A stretch of 62,707 nucleotides of DNA, filler included, from Basidiobolus ranarum (taxonomy: Eukaryota), in NCBI GenBank assembly GCA_040143965.1. It is 16 parts of 16 records of this genome, joined end to end, with 100 filler letters (N's around TTAATTAATTAA, not from the genome) between each part and the next. Parts side by side here need not be neighbours in the genome. Positions count along the whole stretch, not along the records: positions 11,803 to 15,633 come from JASJQH010002260.1; positions 15,734 to 19,562 come from JASJQH010002261.1; positions 19,663 to 23,491 come from JASJQH010002262.1; positions 23,592 to 27,419 come from JASJQH010002263.1; 12 more parts are not named here. One strand, given 5' to 3'. This document shows, piece after piece, positions 12,120 through 24,964 of the stretch. Positions within the stretch are counted from its first letter, which is position 1; the number at the start of each line of letters is the position of its first letter. Made by a program: the position numbers and the translations under genes. Below the pieces are notes generated by a model, which was not told where the DNA came from, did no database searches, and was given only the letters and a program-made list of their open reading frames with translations.

Positions 12120-13106
12120 TCAAAGTCTACCCCCATTATGTCAAGATCCTCCAATAAAAACCTTTCTAATTGGGATTTCTTCATCATCCACAAACCAATG
12201 CTTATCATTTATTAAATGTTGCAAGGCTCCAGAATCATAGACCACATCTAAGAATCCTTGTTGAAAGTCATAGATAGAGCAGATATGAACAAGTGATCTT
12301 CTGTTGTAACCATGTCTCCAGATTCAGCATGTTTTTCTTGCTTTGCAATTCTTTTAAAGCAATCATTCCTAAAATGGCCAGATCTTTTACAGTAATCCCA
12401 GAATGTGTTACTTTTCTTCTTAAAGTGCTTTTGACCTTTATAGGAAGGTTTCCCATAGCCTATTAAAGCATTTTCTTCATTCTTTTGGCTAGATCCCAAT
12501 TTGTGTAAATCTTCATTCAGAAGTCTGACAAATATATGATTTAAGGTTAAATTTTGAGTTCTTGATTCAAGAGCCATTACTAGGCACTGAAACTTGTGTG
12601 GCAGGCTATTCAGAACTATAACTATGATATCTTGATCAGTAGTAGGTACTCCAATGCATTCCATTTCATCCACTAAAGTAGTAACTGTATTAATGAGTTA
12701 CTCAATGTCTTCTCTGTCCTTCATCTTTAAGTTAATGAATTGTCTTCTTAGAAACATCTTGTTGGCAGTAGAACTTGTTTGGTAGATGTCTTCCAAGGCT
12801 TCCCATAACTTCTTGGCAGTTTTAGCTCTTGAACATTGAATTAGCAATTTATCTTTAACATTACAACAAATTGTGTTAAAGGCACTTTGTTCTTTTTAAA
12901 CCTGAGGTAAAACTTTGGTTTCAGATAGTTCTGAATTGTTTTCTTCTCATACAACAGTGCCCTAAAGTTTGCTTTCTTGTAGCAGCATTTTCATTTTAAT
13001 TTTCAAAACTTGATAATTGGTTGCATCCAATTTTTCAGAAGAGGGAAAAGTTCCATAAATTTGAGAAGTAGATATTACAGAGAGTGAAAGCTTGGGACTC
13101 ATAATC
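12120..13106 (-). mobile_element. Decayed Ty1/copia gag-protease region with primer-binding site
   Basis: UBN2-type gag (LNSLP..F..LV.ALES), zinc-knuckle relic (xDYCKRSGHFRNDC), protease motif relic near 12220-12245, in-frame stops. PBS GATTATGAGTCCC next to the LTR. Confidence 0.9.
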
Positions 13107-13453
13107 TGTTAAAGTATTTGGGAGCCTGTAGGAAGTGGTTTGGAGAATTAGAGGAATTGGTGTTTTCACTTTTTGATTTATTGAGCAGAAAGTTGACATT
13201 TATAGTTTTGTCAAGATAAAAACAAACTAACATGTAGAATATGTTAAGGAAGGTCCCAGGAACATGTGCACAAAGTTTGGGGCTTTTAGCACAAGCTTGA
13301 AAAATCTATATATCTAAGAACTTTGAAGTTTATAAATATATTCTGAGTAAATTCCCATTGAGAATAATGGATAATATCTTAGTGAATTATAAGAGAACAA
13401 AGTACTAAGCTATATATGACTATATAGGTGTTTAGGCAATGTTAATTTCAACA
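13107..13453 (-). mobile_element. 5' LTR of the copia element
   Basis: TGTT...AACA ends, abuts the PBS. Homologous to 24386-24698, 13495-13627 and 51055-51163. Confidence 0.8.
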
Positions 13454-15309
13454 ATATCATGGTTTAATATAGGCTAACCAAATACAAAGCATATTTTACA
13501 TGTTAATGTGTTTATATTATGACAAAACTTTTAATGTCAACTTTCAACTCAATAAATCAACAAGTGAAAACTACCAGTTTCTCTAGTTCTCCAAGCCACT
13601 TCCAACAGGCTCCCAAATACTTTAACAATACTAAGCTATATGACTCTATAGATGTTTAGGCTATGCTAATTTGAATCAATATATGCTTTTTGCATTGGAA
13701 TAAATTACAAAAAAAATCTTGGTCAACTTGCAACATATCAGGAGAAACTAAATTCCACAGCTTATGAGAGTCAGAGTGCGGTACAACAGACTACAGTAGC
13801 ACTGTAAAAGGTTCAATAATACAGAGTAATTAATAATTTCTCAGTTTTGCCATCTATCCTTAAGTGTGTAGAAACAGAATGTGCGCAAAATCATAAATAC
13901 CTAGTTCACAACTCCTCATCCAGGTATGTGTTGAATCTTCCATACCATAGTAATACATTATGGAACCCATGAAGAAGTTGTGAACACATTGTTTATAATG
14001 AAGGATTGTAGATGACATCATAAATGGGATATAAAGCTAACAGTAAGATTTACCTCATGTATCTATGCTCTTAATTCTCTGATATTATACCACGTTCTAG
14101 AGAGTAAGAAGCGTAGTCTAATTTACGAACATTCCGATGTAACGAGATTTAGATTGTCCAACAAAGTCACTAGCATTGATCATGCGCACTAAATGAATCA
14201 ATTGCATCCACGTTACCTTTACTTTCATCCAAAGTATTGGTGCACATAATATTCAGTGGAAACTGATCTATTGTCTGCTTTTACTGCATTGACATCGCCT
14301 TTGGATCATACTATTTCTTTACGTTATCGAGGTATAATATAAATTCAATGTATTAGTTTCCTTAGCTCTAGAAAGAAAAGCTCAACTACCACTGCTCTTC
14401 TGGCTGATATATCTCGATTAGCATCATTTGCTGGAGTGCCACATGCAATCTTCAAGAAGTAAATATAAATCAAACTTGCTAAACCACGCTTCTTAATGAA
14501 TTCCATTTCTGAAAGTATCTTTTAGTATCTACAATTCGCCTACTCTGGAGAGTTTCTACCAAGCTTATAAATTTAAATAGTCCCAGTACAGCAGATAAAC
14601 AAACTCACCGTTAATACTAGAATAATTCTCTTTGAAAAGTTACTCTCGTCACCTCTTAATTTGCCATGTAACCCTATTCATGATCAGTCATATGGAAGTG
14701 AGCGTTTAGAGTAGGCTTCCAAAGAATTCCTCATTAACTTCACTTGTGGGGTTGGCAATGCATTAGGAGGAACCAGCCTAGAATATGATATAAAGCCTTC
14801 TATTGCAAACCTGTAATGCTTTTATTGTTTAAAGAAGTCCATATATTAACTTGAAATTGACTCTTCTGGGTGCAGACTTCACTTGAACCTTCATGTTGAA
14901 TCAAATATCTATAAGTTGACGGATATACACCATTAGAGATCTCTAAATATATGAGTCTTGATTTAATCGTTCATATTCAGTGTTAAATCTTATATAGCTG
15001 TACATATAATTAATCATTAACGAAAAATCGGCAATCATGAATCATTCATACGATATGATGTGATACTGGCAATATGAATATATACTAATGGAAAGATATT
15101 AGAAATTGGATCATTCATGCTAGAATATACGAATAATATTTAGAAATTATTGCGTATTGACTTAGGAGTAATCCTTCAATATGGTGGCTTAGCCTTCACG
15201 TGCCAGTCTTCTAAGCCACTTCTGGTTATAAAACGGAGCAGCGAGTAAATATATCACTACACTTGAATATTAATTCATTTGATAACCAGTCAAACCAATA
15301 TTTTCTAAC

Positions 15310-15633
15310 ATGCCTTCTAACCAACATCAATCACAAAGCCGCTTCGAAAGAGGTTTGACTCGCAGAAGTGATCAACAAAATAACTCTCGTTATGGCCGCC
15401 AGTACGAGCAAGATGAGTATGATAACGAATACGAACGTGGTGTCTCTGGCAGAAATGGTCAACAGAACTATCCTCGTTCTCGCTATGGTCGTCAATATGA
15501 ACAAGACGAGTACGATAACGAGTACGAACGTGGTGTCTCTGGCAGAAATGGTCAGCAGAACTATCCTCGCTCTCGTTATGGCCGCCAATATGAGCAAGAC
15601 GAGTACGATAATGAGTACGGACGCGGTGTCTCT
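15310..15633 (+). CDS. Tyr/Arg/Gln/acidic 31-aa tandem repeat protein (5' part, cut by the contig end)
   Basis: ATG preceded by TATAAAA at about 15228. Unit RYGRQYEQDEYDNEYERGVSGRNGQQNYPRS x2.6. Nucleotide differences between units are almost all synonymous. Confidence 0.85.
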
Positions 15634-15733
15634 NNNNNNNNNNNNNNNNNNNNNNNNNNNNNNNNNNNNNNNNNNNNTTAATTAATTAANNNNNNNNNNN
15701 NNNNNNNNNNNNNNNNNNNNNNNNNNNNNNNNN

Positions 15734-17474
15734 TGTATCATTGTTGAGTGACTCTCTAACTGTTGACTATTTGCTGCCAAACACTGCATTAATTGCAATA
15801 TTGTGGCATTATTGCTAGTCATAGCCTATAAACCAACTTTATAGTTTTTACTTATGATTGGATTCAAATCAATATGGTGTTCTGCCTGCAGTTCCCTTGT
15901 TGTAATAATTCTATCCAAATTTTCTCAGAGGGTTGTTTAAGCGTGAGCAAAGTAGCCATTTTGGAAGTTGCTAGTGTTTATAGTGTTTTGGTTGAACTTT
16001 GCTCAACTATTGATTTACTACATAATTGGGGGATCACAATCTCTTTACTTGCACTATTGCTGGAAAGGAAGACATCTGGTAAATTGATTAATGCTTCATC
16101 ATTACTTGAGTTTGTTTCTGGCATGTTAATGTCTTCCAAAGTGGATAGTGAGATGTTAGACTGCTCTTCAAGTAAGTCCTCTATTCTTGCTGGTTTTTTT
16201 CCTCTTGTGCCAGCAGACTTTGGTTTGGAAGCTGATTTTGGTTCAGAGTTTAGATGCTTTTTGAATGGCATTGATATTTTCAGATGATAAACACAGTGTA
16301 ATAAAATTGCCTAGAAACCACTTATAATACACCAAGATTGCCATCCATTACCAGGTATAGCTTGTAAATCCCCTGATGACTCATCTGTGACACTGTCTCA
16401 GAATCAGCTGATGATTTTGATTGGCTATACTAAAAATACCATGCTTATGTAGGAGGTATTCTTTTTTTTACAATATCCTTCTCATGCCTCAACACAAATG
16501 TTTAAGGAAGCCCTGCTATTATTGTCACAAATTTTTGTGCTATGAAAGTGGCAGGCTTCATAGAAAAGATAATCACAAGCATGGTTACTGTACAAAGCTA
16601 CCAACTGCACAAAGCCTTGTGTATATCAACAGTAACAAATGCACTAAATCAACTTTAGTTTTGCCCATTGAGTCCATTGACAGTACTTTGCCTCAAAGTT
16701 TTGGTATCACTGCCAAAAGTCTCAATACCATGGAGTTACCAAATTTATATGACCAGATTGATGCAGGTGGAAATGAAACTTTGGTTGAACCAGTAAGTCC
16801 AGACAACTTTGAGGACTTGCTGCTAGATGTTGACCTTGGTCATTCCAGTACCAGTGGTAGTATATCAGAAGTTGAAGAAGATGATGATAGTTTTGTTATG
16901 TACTTATTGTTAATGGTAAACAGTAATCCACTGATTACACTTACCGTAAAAGAAACAGCTTTGATGATTGAGGAGTGAAGTGATCAATCCAATCTTAGCA
17001 ACCTGGTGTTTATTGGTTTTCTTACACTTTTACCACAGTCGATTGCCAACTGTTGCTTGCCACAGACCTGGTTCAAGTGGAAAACACTTGTCATTGCATG
17101 ACCTAAAATGCTTCAGTAATTAAACTACTTTCATGTCCAAAAGGGTGTTTGGCTCTTACCGGTAATCTGAAAAACCTGAAGTCATGTACTGTTTGCATAC
17201 AATTGGCAATCACTGAACCAGGTAAATATTGCTCATGTTTGGCATACATACCATTGATTTCCTGTCTTAAAGTTTTGATGCAATCACCCAAATTTAGATC
17301 ATTGTTCCAATACTAAAGTACTTGCAATAACACAGATAGTATTACTGATATACTTCATGGATGTCACTACCAAAATCTGAAAAGTCAAGGTTTCTTTGAG
17401 AACATGTAAGATCATGCATTTGCATTGGCTACGGATAGTTTCTCACCAAACAAATAGACCATTGGAAAGGCTTG
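15734..17474 (+). mobile_element. Decayed CMC/EnSpm (CACTA-type) element with transposase N-terminal region
   Basis: 17130-17290 reads SCPKGCLALTGNLKNLKSCTVC...YIPLISCLKVL, the Tnp2/Transposase_21 CPxxC...CxxC...YxPL region. 17215-17474 duplicates 18670-18930. Confidence 0.75.
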
Positions 17475-19562
17475 CCCTAACAGAAATTTGTGGATTTTGA
17501 TTGTAGGGAAACCGTCAAAACTTTAATCCATTTGGGAATGACCATTTACTTACCATCATAAAATTGTCAAGTTAGATTTGATTTTAATCTATTTTCTCAG
17601 TTTCAGGAGTGAAATGTTAAGATCTTGCAAAATAGTTGCACATGATTGGCTACAATCTTAAAGAACTATGGATCAGCACATGTGCAAAAAATGTAACTCA
17701 AATGTTACACAATTCCACTGGAATGCTAATATGTCATCTTTGAAATCCCTACTTTCTTTGATATATTCTCCGGAATTGTTTTATAGAGTTCTTCATACCC
17801 AAGGTTTAGCTCATATCCAACACAAGTTTGTATCAATATCTCCATCAAAGCCCACCATTGTTGAAATGATGCAGATTCAACATTCTTCCAGCTATCTGGT
17901 GGATACCCTGTGATATTGTACCACTCTGTATTAGGTTTTTCCCAGATATCTGTGTTGTCAACACCAGACTGAATGTCATGTTAAATGTGCTTCTTCTGAA
18001 GCCACTTTCTGCACACTAGCACTGCATTTTTCCCTTCATACTTTTGAAAATAGTCCTCTAGCACTTTGACTATTCTTGCACATCCTTGTAGTGTGACACT
18101 ACTGAGGGTTCTTTGCAGTGTTTGTGCAGCTCTTTGCTTGCCTTTAAGTTTGGGGCTAATTTCAACACATTGAAAAATTCCAGTTGAGGTTGGAGAGCCA
18201 TGAGTTTTATTTGCTGGTGTTTTGGCTTGTTGAGAGATGCCAGGCATTGGATAAACTTCGAAATTTAGCACACTTCCAACTAGTAGACCTGGTTTCATGG
18301 TAAAATTAAGCTTTTTTGCCAGTATATCTGACTCCAGAAGTGCGGGGTTTTGCAATGGCATAAAGAATTTGGTCAATGGTCCAGTGGTGCATAATAGCAC
18401 TGGCTCCTTTGCTTTTCCCTTGGGTTTAGTAACCTCCTGCTGGTTGAGTACTTCTTTTGCTGCCTTTCTGTCTTTTGCAAGTGAATAATTGTATATATTT
18501 CTTGGATGTTTCAGGAGTAAGCCTAAACTAGCCCAATTACCATTTGCTTGCAAAAGCCCAGAATAAGTCACATGAAATAAGTCAAGAACCTTTGGAGTAA
18601 TGCCTGGTTTTTGGTTTTACAGGATTTGCTCAAATCCAGGTGATTTTGGGCAAGATTCCACACAATCATGGATTCAGGTAAATATTGTTCATATTCAGCT
18701 TACAGACCATTGATTCCGTGTCTTAAAGTTTTGATCAAATCACCCAAATATAGATCATGGATCCAATACCAAAGTATTCACCATAAAGATGATGGTATTA
18801 CCAATATACTTCATGGATATCACTACCAAAATCTGAAAAGTCAAGGTTTCTTTGACAACATGTCTGATCATGCATTTGCAATGGCTCTAGAGGGTTTTGT
18901 GCTAAACAAATATACCAACGGAAAGGCTTGCTGACCAATACTTTTAATTAACTTAAATCTTCTACCTTCTGAATGGTATAGGAGTCATAATATTTTTATA
19001 CTATCCATCATATCTGAACCTAAATCACCAGTGCTTATGGATAACTTCTTGGAGCCTTTTATTGTAGAATTTGAATGGTTATCTAATGGGGTTCAGATGG
19101 GTGAATGTTTTATTAAAGCTAATATCATTGAATGTATTGGTGACACTCCTAACATCAGTAACTTTGAGGTTTTTGCAGGCACAATACACTATCTTGCTGT
19201 AGTTTTTTTCAAATCAATGGAGTGTACTCTATGAGGTATATGCATTACCACTATCTAAACACTTCACTAAACTCCATGATTTTCCATCAAGAGCCCCATT
19301 GGAACTCAACATGATCACTGATATCAGTTCACCAAATAGTCAGTCTAACATCAAACTTGGTATTAGCTGTAGGCCTTAGATTATATTGCTAAAGGGGATC
19401 AGCTGAAGCCCAAGCTTTCCATTAGGCTCTATGCACTTACTGTTCAACAACATACCACTACTACTTACTTGCTATTTAGTGGAAAATTCAATATGAATGA
19501 GCCATTTGAAATAGGATCAAAGTTTGAATCAATTGGGAAAATGCTTGAAACCATCAAGATAC
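17475..19562 (+). mobile_element. Second CMC/EnSpm copy: CCCTAACAGAAAT terminus, minus-strand accessory ORF relic (about 17750-18571) and plus-strand transposase relic (about 18670-19562)
   Basis: Motifs PILLINLNL.P, IISEPKSP..MDNFLEPF..E, CIGDTP match the Tnp2 core (WP....NLPP, IPGP..P..D.FL.P, GD.P). The same terminus recurs at 59261 (-). Confidence 0.8.
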
Positions 19563-19662
19563 NNNNNNNNNNNNNNNNNNNNNNNNNNNNNNNNNNNNNN
19601 NNNNNNTTAATTAATTAANNNNNNNNNNNNNNNNNNNNNNNNNNNNNNNNNNNNNNNNNNNN

Positions 19663-19766
19663 ATACTGCTTACATATTATACTACTTGCATATTATACTG
19701 CTTACATATTATACTACTTGCATATTATACTGCTTACATATTATACTACTTGCATATTATACTGCT
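19663..19766. repeat. Minisatellite of alternating 16-mers (32-bp higher-order unit)
   Basis: ATACTGCTTACATATT / ATACTACTTGCATATT alternate for 6.5 monomers at the contig start. Confidence 0.9.
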
Positions 19767-20195
19767 CTTCCGCCTCCATCTCCTCCTCATTAAGTGGCTA
19801 TGGCCCCACTGTCTATCACGATACCTATTACATATCACGTTACCTATTATAGCATATTTCTCAACTAAGCACCAGCATCAAAATATTCCAAGTTCTTTTG
19901 TCATCTAGACTGTCACAAACCCATCATTCGAAAGCCACTCCACACACATAGTAGTGGTAAGGCGCTACGTTAGCTCACTCAAAATAAAGATATTATATCA
20001 GGTTGGCTCACCCAAAACTAAGGTACTATATTCCATATTCTCCGGTAGTGCCACGATCATGCCATCCACGATCATGCCATCCACTTGGTAAGTGCTTAAG
20101 TGATGTCATTGAAAAAAGATTTGTACTGGTCTAGATTGTTTACTTTACTGAGCAGCACCCTGGCGTCTTTATTATTTTGGAATACGCCAAACTAT

Positions 20196-20270
20196 GACTG
20201 ATCACTAGCACTAATACAAAGACTGATCACTAGCACTAATGCAAAGACTGATCACTAGCACTAATACAAA
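20196..20270. repeat. 25-bp tandem repeat x3
   Basis: GACTGATCACTAGCACTAAT(A/G)CAAA repeated three times. Confidence 0.9.
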
Positions 20271-20717
20271 TTCAGTAGGCCATAGTAGTGCCTGGTATAG
20301 TAAGTGAGCAATGATATAGTAAGTGAGCAATGATAATGCCTGGTATAGGTGGTGATTTAGTCAAATAAGGAAGCTTAGCTTTATATGTAGATCCGATCGA
20401 TTATTCGAGTTTCAAAATATATCCTATATTGGCCTTGATTTTCAAGATTAGAGGTAGATGGTTGCAAAAAGGTTAGATGGAGATGGCTTCAAATGGATCT
20501 AGTTTTCGCTTCAAAATAAATGCAGTAATGATAAATACTGTACATGAAAAATAATAGATGAAGATAATTTCAAGGAAGAAAATAGAGTGCTATAGAAAGC
20601 ACTTGACAGAATATGACTATTAATTAACAACCATGAGAAACTTCGATAAGAGAACTCCATTTGTTAAAATCATAAATATAAATAAGCTGAAGCCTTGTGG
20701 GTTTGCTGATATAGACG

Positions 20718-23491
20718 ATGAGAATTATATATTCGCTATCTGTAGGCTTTTGCCTGGTTAATGTGATTATAGGATATAGTTCTCCAAGTAGTATTCCAAC
20801 TTTGACAAAATCCCACAGTATCTCAACTTCTGACCAAAACCTATGTACTCCCTCAACCCGCGGACATACTATTTGCCGTAATTCTGGTGTATCCCCAAGT
20901 TTCGATATATGTCTTGAAGAAGGGGATTTTCCATCCCAATGCACCAAAGGCTTGGTTTGTGTTCAGTTAAATCATAAGGTACAATGTCTGAGCCCATCGG
21001 AAGTTCTTAGCGAAGAAAACCAAAGTCCCCAGGAAAATGAATATTCAACAACGAGCACTGACCTCGCGTCAACAACGCCTATTGAAGCAACTCAAAACTG
21101 TCTCGGTATCATGAGTGGCAACAGTCAATGCTTGAGGTCAGGAGCCTCGCCGCTATGGTCTCAATGTATCGATGGGAAGATGCAGATTTTGAGCTGTCCT
21201 ACAGATGAAATATGCCATATGGAATACCAAAACCCAGTGTGCCGACCATCAATGCTTAAAAAAGCTAGCGGAATATCAATACTTGGCAATACGCTAGTAT
21301 CCAGGAGTATGAAAGAAGTACGTCGATCTGAATTATCATCCGGCATCCCCGAAGTTGACTCCAAATGTACAGAAAATACAGTATATTGTGAAAACGAAGG
21401 GGTTTCTGAAAATTATCTATGGTGTGCATATGGATATATAGCAAGTTCCTCATGCCCCCAAAAGACCGTATGCTCGCGGATTGGTGACGCTGCCTGGTGC
21501 TTAGACCCAGAGAGTGTCGATCCCAGTCCAACTATTAGCCCTCCCAGCTCATATCCAACCTCATGTGGTCAGTGGAATACAAAACTTACTTGCGAAAATG
21601 AAAATCATTCGGGGCGTTATTCAGTATGCTGCAATGGAGTATACTACTGGGGAAATTGTGGCACTAACTCTGTTTGCCAACAATCTGGAGATGGTATAAG
21701 TTGCTATTATGATCCACCGTGGTCGATAAGTTCGACAAATCAAAAACCAACATCAACACAAAAACCATCATTAGAAAGTAAAACCTCAACTGATAAACCT
21801 ACACTTACCAGTGAGCCACAACAACCCACAACTCCTAACTCTGCTTCATCCACTACTACTAGTAGCTCAGACATACCAATTGGATCTACTAATGCTGAAA
21901 GTACAACTCTTACTAGCAATCCCGACTATTCAGACTCTGCAACATCTACCACAGAAGGTCATTCCCAAATATCAACCAGTGAGGAAAGTACAACTATCAC
22001 TAGTGAACTCACTACCACAGGCTCTTCATCGACTGAAAGTCATTCTCAAATACCAACTGAGTCTACCAGCCAGGAGAATACAACTCTCACTAGTACCTCT
22101 GGCTCAACAACATCCACTACCTCCGGTGAATCTCAGATTCCGACCGAATCAACAGGCGAGGAGAGCACTGACTTTCCGACATCCACTGTCGCAAGTGATT
22201 CCCAAATATCAACCGCATCCACCAGTGAGGAAACTACAGTTGTTACTAGCAACTCCGACAACACAAGTTCTGCAACTGAAAGTCATTCACAAATACCAAC
22301 TGAGTCACCTAGTGATGGAAGCACACTCCACACCAGCAACAGTGATGCTACAGAATCGGCAATAACAACTACTACAAGTGCTTCGCAAATGCCGACCGAG
22401 TCTACGAGCGAAGAAAACACAACTCATATTAGTACCTCAGACTCCATAGGCTCCACACCATCCGTTACTTCTGGTGAGTCTACAATTCCAACCCAGTCAA
22501 CCAGCGAGGAAAGTACTACACCTACTAGCGATACCACTACCATAGGCTCTGCAACACCCACAACAGAAAGTCATTCTCCAATTCCCACTGATTCAGCCAA
22601 TGATGAAAGCACAATCCATACTAGTAATAGTGATCCTACGGAGTCGGCAATAACGACAGCAACAAGTACTTCTCAAATACCAACTGAATCTACAAGCGAG
22701 GAAAATACAACTCTCACTAGTACCTCCGACTCTATAGATTCTACAACGTCTACTATTTCTAGTGAGTCTCAAACTCCAACTGAGTCTTCTAATGACGAAA
22801 GTACAACTCCCACTGGCAATACTAGTTCTAGTGATTCGCCTACATCCATTACCGCAACTGATTCTCAAATATCAACAGAGGAAAGTATAACTCTCACTAG
22901 TAACACTGATTCTACTGGCTCTGTAACGACAACCACGAGTGATTCTCAATTCCCTACCGAGCCTACTAGTGTGGAAAGCACATCCGTCACTAGTAATTCC
23001 TTCACTACTGGCTCTACAACAACCACCAGTACAAACGACTCACAAATTTCAACTGAGTCGACAAACGAGGAAAGCACAATTTTCACTAGCACTTCTGGCT
23101 CCACGGGTTCGACAGTATCAACTTCCTCTAGTAATGAAAGTACACCTTCCACTAGTAACATTAACTCTAGTGGCTCGCTAACACTCACTACAAGCGATTC
23201 TCCACTACCAACTGGGTCTACGAGTGAGGAAAGTACAGCTCATACAAGCAACTCCAACTCCACGGGCACCACAATATCAATTACTTCTAGTGAGTCACAA
23301 AAGCCAACTGAGTCAACCAGCGACGAAACTACAACTCCTTCTAGTGACACTAATCCTACTGACTTACCATCATTCACCACCACAAGTGACTCTCAAATAC
23401 CAACTGGCGAAAGTACAACTTCCACTAGTGCCACACCATCATCCACTACTGCGACCGATTCTCAAGTGCCTACCGAGTCTACCAGTGAAGA
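20718..23491 (+). CDS. Secreted protein with four 6-Cys modules (CBM19-like, tentative) and a long Ser/Thr/Glu mucin-like repeat stalk; 3' cut
   Basis: Signal peptide, four C-x6/9-C-x11-C-x9-C-x5-C-x8-C modules, then ~32-aa SQIPTEST(S/N)EEST repeats. Open for more than 900 codons. TATAAA upstream. Confidence 0.9.
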
Positions 23492-24385
23492 NNNNNNNNN
23501 NNNNNNNNNNNNNNNNNNNNNNNNNNNNNNNNNNNTTAATTAATTAANNNNNNNNNNNNNNNNNNNNNNNNNNNNNNNNNNNNNNNNNNNNTTGGACCTT
23601 TTCGTGTACATAACTGACAGAAAAACCAGACCAACCGACATTCAAGCTTTGTCTGACTCTGATCTTATGGTTGATTTTAGCAGTGCAAGCTTGTTTCTGG
23701 GGAAAATGGGATGGCTTCGAAAGAAAATGTGTGATGAAATACCTGGCACAAGTAAATGATTTGTAGATGCACAAAATTATTACAAAAATATATCGCAAAT
23801 GCGATGATGTACAGCGCCCAGTCTTGCGCCAGTGATGATTTTTGCAAGGTTGAAAAAGAAGATAACAAAGGTACACACTCAGTTTGCAGACAGATTGAAT
23901 AGCAACTATCCAAGTGATCAACTTTAACAATGCATGATTTGAGTGTAGCTGAGCAATTAGAGCAAGCAGATCAAAAGATTATGTCCAAATCTAACAGCCG
24001 CAGCAGACGTTCAGATCCGGTACTAAATATTAGGTATATATATATATATATGATATGAAGGGTCACAGTTAGCATTCTATATTATAGTCCGATATTTATG
24101 CACGTTTTCTCAGGAGATTGAGTGCGAAAATAAAAGGCATTTCTTCAGTGGTATGTTACAATTACTTAATGTTTACGCAAACCCATGAACATGTATTTAA
24201 TCTATTCTGTGTTGGTATGTGGATTTTCGGTAAAGCTGTCAGCTACTAAGCTTTCAAGATACTAGGTATTATTACTGGCCATTATATCATTGCAAGCTAC
24301 TTTCTAAGGAATCATATTTTGCCAACGGGACTGCAGTCTTCTTTGATGTCTGCAAGTATGAGATGCGTATGAAGGCTATTATTAG

Positions 24386-24698
24386 TGTTGAAATTAGCAT
24401 TGCCTAAACACTAGCTTAGTATTTAGTTAACCTATATTGAACTAAGATATTACCCATTATTCGATATCGGAATTTACTTAGAAGTTTGAAGATATATAGA
24501 TTTTGATAACTTGTGCTAGAAGCCCAAACTTTGCACACATGTTTCAGGACCTTTCTTAACACATTCTACACGTTAGTTTGTTTGCATCTTGACAAAACCA
24601 TAAATGACAACTGAATACTCAATAAATCAATAAGTGAAAACCGCCAATTTTGATAGTTCTCCAAACCACTTCCAACAGGCTCCCAAAATACTTCAACA
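24386..24698 (+). mobile_element. Solo copia LTR
   Basis: TGTTGAA...TTCAACA ends, homolog of 13107-13453, flanks ATTAG / ATTAT (4/5 TSD match). Confidence 0.8.
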
Positions 24699-24964
24699 AT
24701 TATCACCCTATCTCTAGAAAACAACTTGTTTATTGTTATTTAGGATCCTATTAAATTTTAGTATTCTATGAATATCTGAGTGTTCTAAGGTTATTTCATT
24801 CACTGTCAGCAGGCTGAGAGTATGCTGTTCATTTCTGTGGATATTTCTTAGAATAGTCTTACCCAATTTCTTCAAACATCTTACACATACTTCAATTTTT
24901 CATATTAGCTCGTAAGCCTAATGAACTAGATCGAAAAGATAGATTACTCTTCTCTATTCACTAA

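Noticed and set aside
16421-16978. 185-aa ORF as a host gene
   Set aside because: It lies within a CpG-depleted transposon relic directly upstream of transposase motifs, so it is treated as part of the element.
19663-20340. Short repeats as a CRISPR array or telomere
   Set aside because: Units are directly adjacent with no unique spacers, there are no cas genes, the context is eukaryotic, and there is no G-rich strand typical of telomeres.
21960-23491. SQI repeats as yeast PIR repeats
   Set aside because: They lack the DGQ core required for PIR glucan linkage.
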